The translations under genes were made by a program, and so were the position numbers. 64,000 bases of DNA from Coniocarpon cinnabarinum (lineage: Eukaryota). The first letter of the stretch is position 1. Each line of letters begins with the position of its first letter. This document shows, piece after piece, positions 12,036-25,573 of this stretch. The notes below the pieces were generated by a model. The model saw only the letters and a list, made by a program, of their open reading frames with translations. It was not told the origin of the DNA and searched no databases. Location of the stretch: NCBI GenBank assembly GCA_051942205.1, contig JAVECO010000024.1, forward strand, positions 62,001-126,000. The letters run 5' to 3'.

Positions 12036-13180
12036 TCATGGATATGTTGGTCCATCATAGCAAGCGTCGTGCCGGTGCCCTTGTGACGTGTATGTGACAC
12101 TCGGCCACGGCTGGTTTGTGCTGGATTTTACAATCGCATCATCCCAAAGATGCGTGTGAGAGATCTTGGTGTTTGACGTAATGGTCCAAGGTGGCATGGT
12201 CACGCTCTTCATAGCGTTTGTTGTTGTGGCACGCGTGCAGAAGTCCTTCATCTTGGGCAAGATGCATTCGCGGAACATGAATAAGATGGCAGGACTGCAG
12301 CAGGTCACTATTCCCAACATGACTGCCATACTGGAGAGTAGGCTCAAATGACTCTGTGAATACGTGAAATCCGGTGATACTGCTGCGAATACTGCTTTCA
12401 CTCTGAATGCCGAAATCACCAATATTCTTGTTTCGATGAGTAGTCTCCTGGTGCTTTGAAGGCTTATTATACTCACATTGCGCCGCTGTCGAGAGCTGCG
12501 ATTATTTCCATCTTTCTGTGAGTCGACATTTGCGTCTGCCATAGCGGCCACACCGGCAAAGCCAGAATCCCGAGGTCTATAAGGATTCCGGTGACCTCAA
12601 CTGCGATGAAAGAGGTTGCTTGGTCGCCACAACGACCAAGAACTTGCGGATCCCACTGAACCGTGAAAGGACAACATATGAGAAACATCTGTAGCACTGA
12701 AGCTAGAGCATGCAGTACCGATAAGGCCAGTATAGTGCATATCAGTCTGCGCAACTTTGTTGAATAGGAGAGAAGCTGCTGCAAGACTAGGCATGCTGAG
12801 ACGCGCAGAACGCCATTGATAATAGTCCAGATTGCCTCAGCCACTAGTAATGACTTGTCGAGCAAAGCATGTTAGTTGTAGTGATGCACGAGCATTCGGA
12901 GCATAGACATATAGACCTTGGCTGCTCGCTCCATTTGATTTGCCGTCAGAGTACATTGATGCTCAGCTTGCCCTTCATTCATGATGGCCCAGGTGGACTG
13001 CGCTACAAGAGCAACACCAAGTGCCCAACTAAGAAAGATGAGCCCATCATGGAGCCTAAAACTACGCCGGTGATTGCTCGCGATGGCGATAGCGTTGATC
13101 ATGATGGCAATAGCTGCGATACTCGTGGCCGACCAACTGACAGCAAGCGTAACGTGAGCCAGCTTGGTCTTCAACTCCAT
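12036..13180 (-). CDS. PTH11-like (fungal rhodopsin-domain) integral membrane protein, ~3 exons
   Basis: Hydrophobic exons include DGLIFLSW, FLICCPFTVQWD...GRCGD, GILIDLGILALPVWPLWQTQMSTHRK and LGIVTCCSP, which are hallmark motifs of this family. GT-AG introns link the ORF pieces. Confidence 0.85.
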
Positions 13181-13770
13181 ACTCCTGAAGGAGAAAACAA
13201 GGGATGTGCCAGGCACACCACGCAGTGGAAGTCAAACATTGCTGTCGTGCGGACGCAAGAACATGAGAATAGAGACGGATTGAGGCAGTGCACCTGGTGC
13301 AGATATTCAAATCCTTGACACCAATTCAGCAAAATGGTCTGCATCAGAAGCCTCGGATGCACACTAGAAGTAGCAAAGCTTCTCTACCACGGCCAACCAG
13401 TCACACATCGCTGAAGCAAGGCATTTGGGACCGGAGTGAACGAGGCGACGAATAGATGAATGATGTTTCGTGAGAAATCGAGTGCACTTTGCCTAGTCAT
13501 CGCGCTAACAATGCGTGCGGACTCGTCCGCAGGTACCCTCTGAGCCTCAACTTGTATCGCCACCTGTTGTTCTCCTGCAACAAAGAGGCCAAGCGATACC
13601 GCGAAACCACGAAAGCCATGCGACGAAAGAGTCTTTGAGTGCTAAAGAGGAGACCAAGATTTGGCAGGAAGTATGATGACCGAGCAGGAAGACAGGGAAG
13701 ACCGAGCTTACCTAGCCAAGCCTGGGTAGCAAATTCGCAGAGAACACGTGACCAGGAGCCCAAAAGTGGA

Positions 13771-14782
13771 TTAGTGGGCGCCTGATGCCCGCCTTTGAGC
13801 AGCAAGGGGGAAGTCTGTATTTGCACCCTCGAAGGCATCAGAAACATTCCCACCTGGCACGTAGGCACAAGCTGTCGATCCTCCGACTGGGCCGCGTTCC
13901 CTCACACAAAGCCTACCATCAAGCACCTTTGCGATGGCGCCTCTGGTAACCTTTATATAGCTCTTGTGTCCTCGACGGGCCCGTGTTCTCAAATTGCTTG
14001 TTGTACTTACGCTTGATCTCCTCTTCAACAAGATCGCCCAAGTATTCCAGGGATTTCAGATGAAACTTTGAAGCCTGATCGCTAGCAACGTAGAGATGCG
14101 CTGCAGCCCTAGTCCTTGCGTGGCCCGATCCATCGGTGTGTTTCTGGGATTCAATACAGTCAGCGAGACTCACAGCTTCTGAATTTCTGCAGCCGGTCCA
14201 TATCTTACGTGAAGGAGGTAGGTAGAGCAGCTGTTGACGTACCATCATCTGATCTTCGGCCTCCGTGAGCCGCGTCTCCAGTCGGGAATTGAAGTAATTG
14301 AAATTGGAACGCCACTCGTCAAGATTCTTCGGCTTGGAGAGGAATTTCAAGTGTGCTTCCATTGGAATCATGTGTAACTCTTTGTCCCCCTCGAAAATAG
14401 GGTTCTTCTTGAACTTGTCGAACCCGACATGCGCGTCTCATCGTCAGCAGAGAGCGTTGCAGCAGAGCACCATAATGTTCTGATACAGCAGTTGGACAGA
14501 GAATTGAACTCGAGTAAGATGTTGCAGACCTACCCCGAGGTTCTGACGCTCCTGCGCAACATTCTGCGCATCCTCCCTAATCTTTCTGAGAAAGTCATCG
14601 GAAGAGAGTTCCTCTAGCGTGCTGCTGGCTGCCGCAACTTCGTTGACCAGGGCATGCGTACCGTAAGAGGACCCAAACCTGACCGGTTGCTGTAGTTCTT
14701 CCGAGGAAGTAGAGTCTGCGTCTGGATCATCAGGTCGTCCATGGATGCCAGATGAGACCTGATCCCGAGTCTTATCGCTCAT
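13771..14782 (-). CDS. Hypothetical multi-exon protein (exon boundaries uncertain)
   Basis: Hydrophilic, protein-like ORFs 14444-14782 and 13919-14371 with GTAGGT/GTACGT/GTAAGT donors and GCTGAC branch sites. No domain recognised. Confidence 0.4.
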
Positions 14783-16433
14783 GGCGAACAGTAGTGGTTC
14801 TAATCAGCAAGCCCTTGGTGTTTCTTTGAACTGTTGAACTGGAGGAAGGCTGGCGCGTGAGATAACGGGAGTACTTCAACTCCGACAAAAGGAAAGCGTT
14901 GAGCATGTCAAACTTGAGTACATAAGGCGTACATATATTCCAATACATGTGTGCACGTAGACGACGAGCAGCACATGATGCATGATGACCACGTTGCAAC
15001 ATAGAATGAAGTCCCGCATTTGGGTGAGATACCGATGTGCGGGAATGTGCAAATATGTTCACAACTATTGAATAGGAGGAGAACTTTTGCCCTCATTGTG
15101 ACTTGACGATTCCTGTATGAGAACGTGGCTTGAACATACGTGTTTCTCGAGACAAGAAGTACATGGCTATACTTGAACACTGCTCAAAGCTTTGACAAAG
15201 GCTAGCATGGACAGACGAGCCTGTCCGGGTTTGTCCAGTTGCATGCAAGACGAGCATGGGCGATCGAAAAGGTCTTGCGCTGCTCTGCAGTCGCGAAACG
15301 ACGGGACAAGCTGGCCGACCCCAGATAAGGTCCAAGCGGCAACGCCCACAAGGAAACAGTTTCCATTCAGTGATCGCCGCAGAAAGGAAAACAAACGGCC
15401 TCGCGAAAAGAGTCTTGATGGGAAGGTAGCGAAAGCCAGACTGTGTGGACGGACGGGTCGCGGAGGGCGGGGGGGCTCTGTTGATGCCTCGATGTTTGAG
15501 TTGATGGGCCATGATCTGGAAATCTGGCAACAGGAATCGCAATCGGCCGCATATCGACCTCGTTGTCAAGGCAGCGACGCACTGTATAGTCATGCGCCTG
15601 CCGCGGCCATGGAGGTGGAGCGACAGATAGTTGAGCATCAGCCACATGGCAAGTCTGGATATGGGCATTTCCGCGTGCCGCTCATGCACCATCGGTCATT
15701 TCTCTGTCTTAAGTTTAACAACAAACTTTGACTAATCCTGCCATCTGAAACAGGCATGGTAGAGCGCACATGCCCATGTCTTCCAAACGCCAATAGCGCC
15801 GCCTATTTGTTAGCCATATATACCGACGTGCCAAGGCCATTTTAAAAAGTTGGTTTTTCTTGTGTTTGTCGGATCGTGTTGGATGAGACGCTTGCCAGTC
15901 AAAGGGCTTTAATCGAGACAACAATGGGCCTGTCTCCTTATTGCCCCCCACCAATGGCTTTTGATTCGTGAAGCTATGCAAGCTCGCAGGCTCGGCGAGC
16001 ACAAAGTTTTGAAGCTGCTCCTCTCGCTCAAAATGTGGATTCCTCGGATGGAGATGGCGTTCGGGCCAGGCAGCTGTGCTTTCGTCTGTGTGGCAATACA
16101 GTATTTCTAGAAGCATCGAACGTGGTCCGAGACCAATCTTAGCTCTGCGCTTAACTTCAAAGGTGCGTCATGTAATCCTTGCTTAGCTGTGACCCTTTTT
16201 GTAAACGACGCAGATCTGTGCCCTATTGCAACAATACCGAGGACTGTTGTGCATGTCGCTTTGTGTTAGAAAGGTGGGATTGGTGTGCTGCAAAAAGGCA
16301 TACATCAGGTGACTTCTCCAGCTCTGAATAGTTTACTCAGGAGCTGAGCAATGACTCAGTCCAAGTTTGTAAAGCTATCTGTGTTACTATGATTTAGAAC
16401 AGGCAAGAAAATGAGATGAAATGACCGATGTGC

Positions 16434-17485
16434 CTAATCACCACTTCCCGCACCATGGTAGCCTTGCAGGCTCTGACAGCTCTTGTAGTTATTCTCGATG
16501 AAGGCATTGTCCACTTGTATGCCTACTAGACGTGTCAAACCCTGAAGAGCTCTGGCCGTCTTTTAGACGAGACTTACCATAGACATTTTTAAACGTGGTC
16601 GTTTCGAGGAAAAATGGCTTTGTGGCAGTGACTTCACCTTGGACCGTCCCAAGCTTGTCCAGATCGCCGGTGACGGAGAAGTTGAAGAGTCGGATGTAGT
16701 TGTCGCAGACAAGAGCGTTGTTGGAAAACTGGGGTTGGTTGGTGATATTCTTGTAGCTGGAAACACGTGAGCGAGTTCTACTATACGAAGAGCCAGGAAA
16801 CACCTACAAATCCAAGGAATAAGGCATGAAACCCTTCTTTGCGGGGGTGGACTCCAGTGAGATACCTGCTGACCTGGAGAGAGCGGAGGTGGCATGTGAA
16901 TATGTCGATGCACATTCCGCGTCCGAATAAGCATAAGCATCGCACGGCGGCTCAAAGCTTCCAGGCGTGACGGTATATCCATATGCAGCCGTGCCAGCGA
17001 TGGCAAGAGCGTTGGTGGCACTGATGAGGATATTGTCACCGTACGCCATGCTTGTATAGCTTCAGCACGTCAGTATAGGCAAAGACCTCGTTGGTCGTGT
17101 GAGCGCACCCATCGTTCAGGCGGTCCACAAAAGGAAAGGAGATGCTAGCCCTCAAAAAGTCCGGGATGCCAATGCCGGATGATTGGACATCGTGGTCAAG
17201 CTCGTATTGTAACATTGCTGGATACATGCCTGCTGGGAACGGGGTGTCCTTGAGCCAGCTTTGATACTGCTTGGTCAGTATGGGGTATTGACCTGGTATC
17301 GCGCTACGAGCTTGCGCATAGGGGATTGGCAAGATGGCGACGGTGCCATTGATGGTGCCAGTGGTCAGGTTGGGATACTGGGCGGCGATAGGATTGGGCG
17401 ATGACTCGGTCTGACAGGTCAGGGGAAGCAGCTGACTGGACCCCAGTATGATGTATAAGGAAAAGAGGCAAAGAAACGACCACAT
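16434..17485 (-). CDS. Secreted protein of unknown function, 4 exons
   Basis: Signal peptide MWSFLCLFSLYIILGSS. Splices cleanly through ...FPFVDRLNDG|YTSM...PYSLDF|YKNITNQP...CDNYIRLFN...NVYG|IQVDNAFIENNYKSCQSLQGYHGAGSGD*. Confidence 0.8.
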
Positions 17486-18015
17486 CCTTTTGAGCTGACT
17501 CTTGTCGACGTACGCACGATGAAACAATTACGGGCGAGGGGTTAATATATGACCTCCAGGGACACGACAGCAACTTAAGAGAAGACTGTGCATATTGGCT
17601 CGGCTCCCAACACCAACGGTTGGCACGCCGGCGAGGAGTCCTCAGGAAACGGCGCGTGATATCTGCACCACGCCGATCACCACGGTCCGGCAGTGTGCAA
17701 GCAAGAAGCAAGTGCGGGGACGTGCAGCTGGCTCCCTCCAAACACCTGTTCGTTCCAAATGCTTGCAAACAGAGAACGCCGGAAGAAGCGGGCCGTTGCA
17801 AGGCTCATCGAAGACACCTCAATGGCATCGCTACCTCTGAGATGTATAATGTGCTTGACGTCATTGCTACGATTCATGCACCTGTTGCTCCTGTACTTCA
17901 TGGTGCATTGCATGTACACATTCGGCGACACAGCGATTCCAGCTCCTGTCATCTATTTCTTTTCGCCTCGACATCAGCCTGTTAGAAGATCCGCCAGAAC
18001 TCTCCGAACAAGCAT

Positions 18016-18657
18016 ATGTATCCCCCCAGTCCGTTCCACACCCACCTCACGTTCTTCTCGACAACTCCCACAATCTCAGCAGCCACAGCTAATCGCCCAT
18101 CCATCACTCTCCTGTCAGGGCTCAAAGGCTCCTTACGCTTGGGTCTCAATTTCCCCTTGGCTGTGCTAACTTCGTTCGCCCTTCGCTTCCTCTATGGAAA
18201 CCCCTATGGCTTGTTTCTGCAGCCGGTGGATGTTCGCGCCGTTCAGATTCGACGGACAATGCTCGAGGACGTGCCCATCAAATCAGAGGTGAATGGTATC
18301 ACGCGATCTGACATTCTATCGGCGGCAAAATCTGCGGGGAAAGGTGTAGCTGACAGGTTACATGTACGGGGCCTATGGAGCATCTGCGCGGATGCGAATG
18401 GTATCATGGGATCAAAAGAGCTCGAGGCGTGCAGACGCGGTGAGCTCATGTGGATGGTGGCTGAGAGACGACGCAGACGCGATAGCTTGCACGGAGATGT
18501 GCTGCCATTTACAAGAGGCGGACCCATCTCGTAGGTGGATCCTTGCTGTTCATCCATGCAGGCACGCTAACAAACTAGTGTTGGTGGGCATGCTTGGTTT
18601 GTGGACAAATTATTCGGCGTCAAAGTCTATCAGACCGGCAGGAGTCTCGACGGGTGA
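18016..18657 (+). CDS. Hypothetical protein, possibly a divergent caleosin/peroxygenase-like protein, 2 exons
   Basis: ORF 18016-18530, then GTAGGT..GCTAAC..TAG intron, then exon VGGHAWFVDKLFGVKVYQTGRSLDG*. FHTHLTFF...GSLRLGLNF and LWSICADANGIMGSKELEACRRGEL resemble caleosin N- and C-terminal motifs. Confidence 0.7.
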
Positions 18658-18699
18658 CGTTCCACATCATAGATTGGGTATCTTCAGTATTCTGCAGTC

Positions 18700-19707
18700 T
18701 TATTGCTCAGAGTTCTGGGAGTAGAAGAAGTTCCCCGCTGTGCAAAGTTAGCATTGCAACAACCTCAGCATCTAAGAGCCCAGGCAATGCGTAATCCACT
18801 CACCGATCGGCTCCAACCCATTCTCCTGAGGACACGAAAGTCAGCAAGACAGTCTGCAAGCTGGCGAGAAAGATCAATGGCTTACGCTTGCCCATCGGCG
18901 CACGCCGACACGCACGCCTTTGAACCCCCAATGTTGCCGGTCAACAGGCTTGCTCAAATGCAACCTCTCCGTGGTGCCGTTTGAGGGAGTCAACACTAGC
19001 AGAACGTAACGATGTGCGCCGGACTTGGGTGGGGGGCCCTAAGATCATGTCAGCGACTACAAATCCTGTGTTAGTACCGAGTTCACTCACTGGGGGTTTG
19101 TACGGCATGATATGATTTGTGTGGATTTCAGCGGAGAACCAGTGGCCATACCAGAGCAAGTGACAGACCTCGGACCAGACTGGCTCTCGACGAGATGGCG
19201 CATCGGGATCCGTTATGACGAAGACCATATTGTGTGGGAGATCCTCGCCTGGTGCGTCGAGTGACAATGGCGTCGCAAGGTTGAGACCAACATCGACATC
19301 ATCAGAAGGCCGTGCCAAGTTGACATAGCGTGGTTCCTCTTGCAGTGCTACTGGAGGAATTGAGTTTCCAAGCTGAGCTGAAGCGGTCGTCCAATTAGCT
19401 ATGAGAAAGTACCGTGGTGTGAAAGGGTTGATGACTGTATCTGTCAGTGGGTGGTGTTCCACACGACAAGCGGGAGCTCGCATTGTCTCGGAAATCTCAC
19501 CTTCGGGAATGATGGAAGAGTCGTTGAGGCTGATGCGTATTAGACCAGGCGCTGGAGATATCGCCTTTCTCGAGCATACCTCGCAATCACTTTTTGTATT
19601 GGGGATAACTCGTCGTGCTTCAAGACTTGTTGCGACCTCGCGGTCCGAGCTGCTGCTGGCCAGAGCAACGAGGAAATAAGGACCATCAGCAGGCCCTGCG
19701 TATGCAT
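18700..19707 (-). CDS. Phosphatidylethanolamine-binding protein (PEBP/Tfs1-like) with signal peptide, ~6 exons
   Basis: ITDPDAPSR..P.WSEVCH, PYKPP|GPPPKSGAHRYVLL and ENGLEPIAGNFF motifs; canonical introns. Confidence 0.9.
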
Positions 19708-20175
19708 GATGACTACCTTGCCTAGGCCTGCCTTGATATTAGTTGACGGCTCAGGAGAGGTCGTAATGGTATCAGGTGGCAGTAGAAGCAGCATGGAACT
19801 ATATATCTATTTCTCCGAAGTGCGGGGAAGGTGTTTCGGTAGGCGCGGTGCGTGAACTATATACGTAAGGCTGCATGCGCCAATGCATGGATCCATTTCA
19901 TTCGTGAGGTACCTGGTAGATCACGAATACCTTAAAATCACTTCACATCATCTAGTAGCCTCAGTGCTAAGTGATAGTACAGGGAGCCAGTCCAGTGCAT
20001 TCGATTAAAAAGAACACAGGAACTTTCAAGTATGTGGTTTCCAGGGCCTAGACCGCCCTTTGCACCAGTCATCTACCTACTCATCGAGGGCCAATGGCGA
20101 ATCCACAGGCCTTCAAGCCTCTGCAATACCTTCGCATCAATTGCCTGCGCCCAAACGCCTCGCTGAAGTTCGTGA

Positions 20176-21141
20176 TCACGCCATCGTCGCCTTGAGAATT
20201 GCATCACTCTCTGTGACGAAGCCATAAATAGTAGATACGTTAAAATCGCACAGACTATTCGCATTGCGTCCACTCAATGTCCCGACACAGTCCCCGACCA
20301 TGATGCAATCGAAACCGTGAGAGTAGCTGTCTGTGAGGGTTCCGAGAACACACTGATCCGTGTTGACGCCAGTGAAGATGATTGACGTTTTGCCAGCCTC
20401 GCGCAGCCATCGATGCAAGGGTTCTTCCGGGCTCCACATGCCCGAGGGACGGTCTTTGTAGAAGCACATGTCTTCTGGGCGACAGACCTCCTGAAGCGGT
20501 GGATAGAGCTCAGTGTTCCAAGCGCCCTTCCACAGACAACGGCCTTGTCCGTTTGGCAATTCGGATCCGAGATTTGTGGTCCAGCCGTGGCCGGTGGCTT
20601 GAGCGCGAGCTCTGGAGAAGGCGCGGTGGACCGCAGGCGGCATCCGACGAAGGTTCCACTCGTCAATGCCCCAGTTCAACCAGGTTACTTGGATTCCAAA
20701 CTCGCGGCATCGCTCAATGACTTTCAGTGTAGGCTGTACAGCTTTGAGGCCTTCTGGATGGGGGCAGCAGTCAGGATGGATGAAGAAGTTTTGCATGTCC
20801 ACCACGAGGAGAACAGTCTTATCTGGGTCGATGACGCAGCCTCGATGATCCCGAACCGCCTCGTCAGCAGGGATGGTGAGCTTCCTCATCGATTCTCGCG
20901 ACAGGTCAAAGCGGCGGGTAGTCTTGTCGTAAAGCCAAACATCGTCGCCTCCAAAGAGAATCGTGTCATTCGGGCATAAGGTCTGGGGGAAGCTCGGACT
21001 GAGCGGCTTCTGGAGAAAACTGGGGCTATCGAGCTGTTTGAGAAAACTTGGACTGTCCGGCTTGTCGAGATCGAGCTTGAATTGCGGAGGATATTCTTCT
21101 GGTGGAGTGGGAAGGCCGTCCGTGAAAGCAATCGGGGCCAT
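20176..21141 (-). CDS. Isochorismatase-family cysteine hydrolase
   Basis: LLVVDMQNFF, K in FYKDRPSG and TGVNTDQCVLGTL give the Asp-Lys-Cys triad. Start placed at MAPIAF (ORF is open to 21306). Confidence 0.9.
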   Translation of the reverse strand: MAPIAFTDGLPTPPEEYPPQFKLDLDKPDSPSFLKQLDSPSFLQKPLSPSFPQTLCPNDTILFGGDDVWLYDKTTRRFDLSRESMRKLTIPADEAVRDHRGCVIDPDKTVLLVVDMQNFFIHPDCCPHPEGLKAVQPTLKVIERCREFGIQVTWLNWGIDEWNLRRMPPAVHRAFSRARAQATGHGWTTNLGSELPNGQGRCLWKGAWNTELYPPLQEVCRPEDMCFYKDRPSGMWSPEEPLHRWLREAGKTSIIFTGVNTDQCVLGTLTDSYSHGFDCIMVGDCVGTLSGRNANSLCDFNVSTIYGFVTESDAILKATMA

Positions 21142-22993
21142 CCAAGGAAGGCCTAGGGAACGAGGAAAATCAAGTGAGTACAAATGAAGACAGTAGTGTC
21201 GGCTCGGGATCGGATTGCTGAAAGGACTGCAGCAGCCCAGAGAAAGCAAGGGCTGTATATGTGAGTAGCGCACCGTGTTGGAAAGGAATGCGGATGCGGT
21301 CAACAAAGGGAACGAACAGTTCTGAGCGTCGACAAAGCAGTAAATGGCGGAGACATAGCGGTCGCACTCATTTTGATAACGCTGATACGAGGCTCGTCAG
21401 GGAGAAGCAAGGGGTAGAGGCATAACGTGGTCTTATCTCAAATGCGTACGTCACAAAATGATGACCACGAACGATAGTGATAAGCACAGTTGCAAGTGGA
21501 AAGGAAGAAAGACAGACGGTGCGCTGACTGCCTAGACCGCCTGTCTGACATTGTTTCAGAAGCCGCATGTGGTGACTGCGGCCAGGGCAAATGGAACGAC
21601 GAGAGCGGGGGAACAGCCGAGTGTTATCTTCCAATGGCTTCTGAGACGGGGGCGGGCAGCGGCCGAGAGGCGTGGTAGCGTATTAGCGTGATAGGTAATA
21701 GAGTGGGTAAGATATCCATGAGTAGGAGATAGGATGCCGCAGTGGGGCCAGAGGTTAAAACCAAAGTGCAATCTGAGCGCACGATAAGAAGGGCCATTCG
21801 CGGTGTTGAGGAGAGGGATGATGCTGGGAGCGTCAGCACCCTAGAGGCCACGCAACGGATATTCAATGCAGCCAGCGCTCGCTGCTACGCGCGAGGCAAT
21901 CAGGAGAATTAGCGAGCAATCAGACTGACGTGAGAAGAAAAGGATGAGGGAGAGGAAGAAGTCAGGACAGCTGGTGACGTTGGATTGTGACGGGAAATGG
22001 ATTTTCTATCCCATTGCCTGGATACCCTGCCAGACGACTGAGGCCGACGTAGGTTGAGATTGCCCGTGGCCGCAAGGGTTAGGTAGCCCGAGCATCTTGT
22101 CGCAGCCTCATAGTACTTGCTTGTGCTCAGTCCTGCGCGGACCTTTCGCGGAGTCTTGAGCCACTTGCAGTCACGTCCCAAGGTACCTATGAAGTGCTGT
22201 CCTAAGGTGGTGACGATTTGAGCCCGTTGTCTGCCTACGTGGGTGAAACCCTGTGGAAGTGTCCTCATCATCAAGAGCATCTAGACGTTTTCAACTATGT
22301 CACACCAACAACTCGTCCAGATTGATTTTGAAATGACCAAAGGCTTGCTGGTGGGAGAGTATTTTCAAAGCACCATAGGAAAGCTCGTGAGCCTCGCGCG
22401 GAGTCTGAGACAGTCTGGCTCAAATCTCGTTTGAGAGCCTGACCTTACAGAGCTATCGAGCGGCGGCAGGTTGGATGGTATCAAAACTCAATTTGAAGCA
22501 CAAGAAAGAACCCCTGAATGTTGCTCGACGTGCGCTCCGGAATGTGCGACTGGCGAAATGTGCAACTGGCGAAGCAGGACCGATCCTATACAGTAGTTAA
22601 TTGGTCGGCTTTCTAAGGTGATGGGATTGATAGGCGGCCACGCATGTGATAGTCACGTGATAGATGGCGCGCATATCGCAAAGTGTGTGATCTAAATTGA
22701 CAGCGAAAGATTGGGGAAAGTGGTGTCACTAATTGTTCCATCGCGCCCGTCGCTGCCAAGATGGCAACTGGATGTGGGTAAACGCTCCGCTGCAGAGAGA
22801 CTTAGTGAGCAGACCTCACGCTGCGCAGTGCAACCGGCATCTTCAATCCACAGTCAAGGCTGTCGCGCGCATTCAACCCTCGCTATGCTCGCCTGAGCAT
22901 TTTGACGACCCAATAATCGCTGCGTGCGTTCCTGGTCCAGCTGGCAGCCCTTGGCAAAGCTCCTGCAGCCTACAAAGGACCGCTGAACAAGCC

Positions 22994-25573
22994 ATGGCGA
23001 ATCTGGGTGAGGATCTGCTAGACATTGTCAATCGTCTGCAGGATCTTGTCTTCAACACCATTGGCAACGACTCCCTTGATCTTCCTCAAATAGTGTGCAT
23101 GCTCCAATGCCATAATCTGCAATTGAACCTGGCGAGCTAACAGTTTTGCACAGGTCGTGGTCGGGTCCCAGTCGTCGGGCAAATCCTCGGTGTTGGAAAA
23201 CATTGTCGGCAGGGACTTTCTACCACGTGGAAGCGGCATCGTCACCAGAAGACCACTGGTCCTCCAGCTGGTCAACGTTCCCAGCGAGCGCAATGACAAG
23301 CCTGACCAGGACGAAGCCTACGTGCCTCATACCCCAGCCAGTGTTTCGCAGCAACCAGAATGGGCCGAATTCCATCACATTCCTGGTCGACGGTTCACCG
23401 ACTTCTTCGATGTCAAGAGAGAGATCGAGAACGAGACGTCTCGCATTGCAGGCAACAACAAGGGTATCAATCGGCAACCCATTCACCTCAAAATCTATTC
23501 TCCACACATCTTGAGCCTTACGCTAGTAGATTTGCCTGGGTTGACGAAGGTACGGCTTACTTAGACTCTGGTTACGCCCAATTTATTAACACAGCCCAGG
23601 TGCCTGTCGGTGACCAACCCAGCGACATTGAGAAACAGACGCGCAACCTGATTTCCGAATACATCGCAAAACCCAACAGCATCATCCTTGCAGTCTCTCC
23701 TGCCAATGTCGATATCGTCAATTCGGAAGCGCTCAAACTTGCTCGGCACGTGGATCCTATGGGAAAGCGCACGATCGGCGTTTTGACAAAGCTGGATCTT
23801 ATGGATCACGGTACAAACGCCATCGACATCTTATCGGGACGAGTCTATCCTCTCAAGCTCGGTTTCATTGGAGTTGTCAACCGTTCACAACAAGACATAC
23901 AGGGGAACAAGTCGTTGAGTGATGCATTGCAAGCGGAGCACGACTTCTTCAGACATCATCCTGCTTATCGCAACATGGCCGCGCGCACAGGCACTCAATT
24001 TCTTGCAAAAACTCTCAATTCCACCCTCAAAAGCCACATCCGTGAGAAGCTCCCAGACATCAAGGCACGCCTGAATACCCTTATGGGCCAGACCCAACAA
24101 GAGCTGGCCAGCTATGGCGACATGACGTTTACTGGCAAAGAGCATCGTGGATCTCTTGTTCTACAGCTCATGACTCGCTTTGCAACGTCTTTCATCACCT
24201 CAGTGGACGGCACCTCATCCGAGATCTCGACGAAAGAGCTTGGTGGCGGTGCAAGAATTTACTACATTTTCAACTCGGTTTTTGGTAGCTCATTGGAATC
24301 CATCGACCCGAATCTTAACCTCTCCGTATCAGACATCCGAACAGCCATCCGAAACTCCACTGGGCCCCGCCCATCACTTTTTGTCCCCGAACTCGCCTTT
24401 GAATTGCTGGTCAAGCCCCAAATCAAGCTACTTGAGATTCCCAGTCAAAGATGTGTGGAACTGGTGTATGAAGAATTAATCAAGATTTGTCATACATGTG
24501 GGTCGAATGAAATTAGCAGGTATCCCCGATTGCAGGCGAGACTCATAGAAGTTGTGTCGAACCTTTTAAGAGAGAGGTTAGGGCCTTGCTCATCCTATGT
24601 GGAATCACTAATATCTATACAACGTGCATACATCAACACCAATCATCCAAATTTTATTGGCGCTGCGGGAGCGATGTCGTCAGTGATGGTGGAAAAAAGC
24701 GAGCGTGAAAAGAGTGCAAAAGCTGCCGAGGAACGGAAAAAGCGGGAGCGAAGACGGCAAAAGGAGCTCAATGGTCCAAATGGCGTGCAACTAAACGAAG
24801 AGGACGAAGATCATGACCCTTCAAAAAGCGCACAGCTGCCCACTCGTGCACACGTTTCTAAAGAGAGTCGAAGCATGAGTCCGGCTGTTACCCACAGGGT
24901 TAATGGTGTTGGCAGGTCGAGCTCACCTGTTCGGTTCGGCGGCCAAGGTGCATCCACACGAGACAGCTTTCTCAACTACTTCTTTGGCAAGGAGGGAACT
25001 CCTCAGGCAGCGTCTGGCACAGCAGCACCACCAGGTGCAGCGCATTCCTCTTCCGGCAGTAGACACGTTAGCCAAAACATTGAACCGAGTTTTGCGGCTA
25101 GTTTAAGGAGAGGTGACACACGACAGCCAGACTCAAGAGGAACGTCGCGGGAGTATGCAGTTGAGGACGGCGACACGTTTTCAAACATTGACAATGAACC
25201 TCTACCAGTGAGTGACTGGCAACGTCCTGCGTTGAATTGTGATGAAGCTGACGCAAGGTAGCCACTCGACGACAAGCCCGAGCTCACTGAGCGAGAACAC
25301 CTTGAGACAGCGTTGATTAGACGACTCATCTCGTCGTACTTTGACATTGTCCGTGAAACAACTGCTGATCAAGTACCCAAGGCAGTGATGCACCTTCTCG
25401 TCAATCATTCGAAGGACGTGGTACAGAACCGGCTCGTCAGCGAATTATACAAAGAGGATCTGTTTGCAGAGCTTCTGCATGAAGACGAGGGTATCAAAGG
25501 CGAGCGTGAGAAATGCGAACGCTTACTGGGAACTTACAGGGAGGCTGCAAAAATCATTGGTGAAGTTTTGTAA
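22994..25573 (+). CDS. DNM1: Dynamin-related GTPase Dnm1 (mitochondrial/peroxisomal fission), 4 exons
   Basis: [36 protein letters not shown], middle domain, insert B with FLNYFFG, GED ([12 protein letters not shown]). [11 protein letters not shown] and LMDHGTNA favour Dnm1 over Vps1. Confidence 0.93.

Noticed and set aside
15093..15731. Overlapping 179-199-aa ORFs on both strands
   Set aside because: No recognisable domain, convincing composition or splice structure.
22541..22572. 16-bp tandem duplication AATGTGC(G/A)ACTGGCGA upstream of DNM1
   Set aside because: Only two copies, with no evidence of function.
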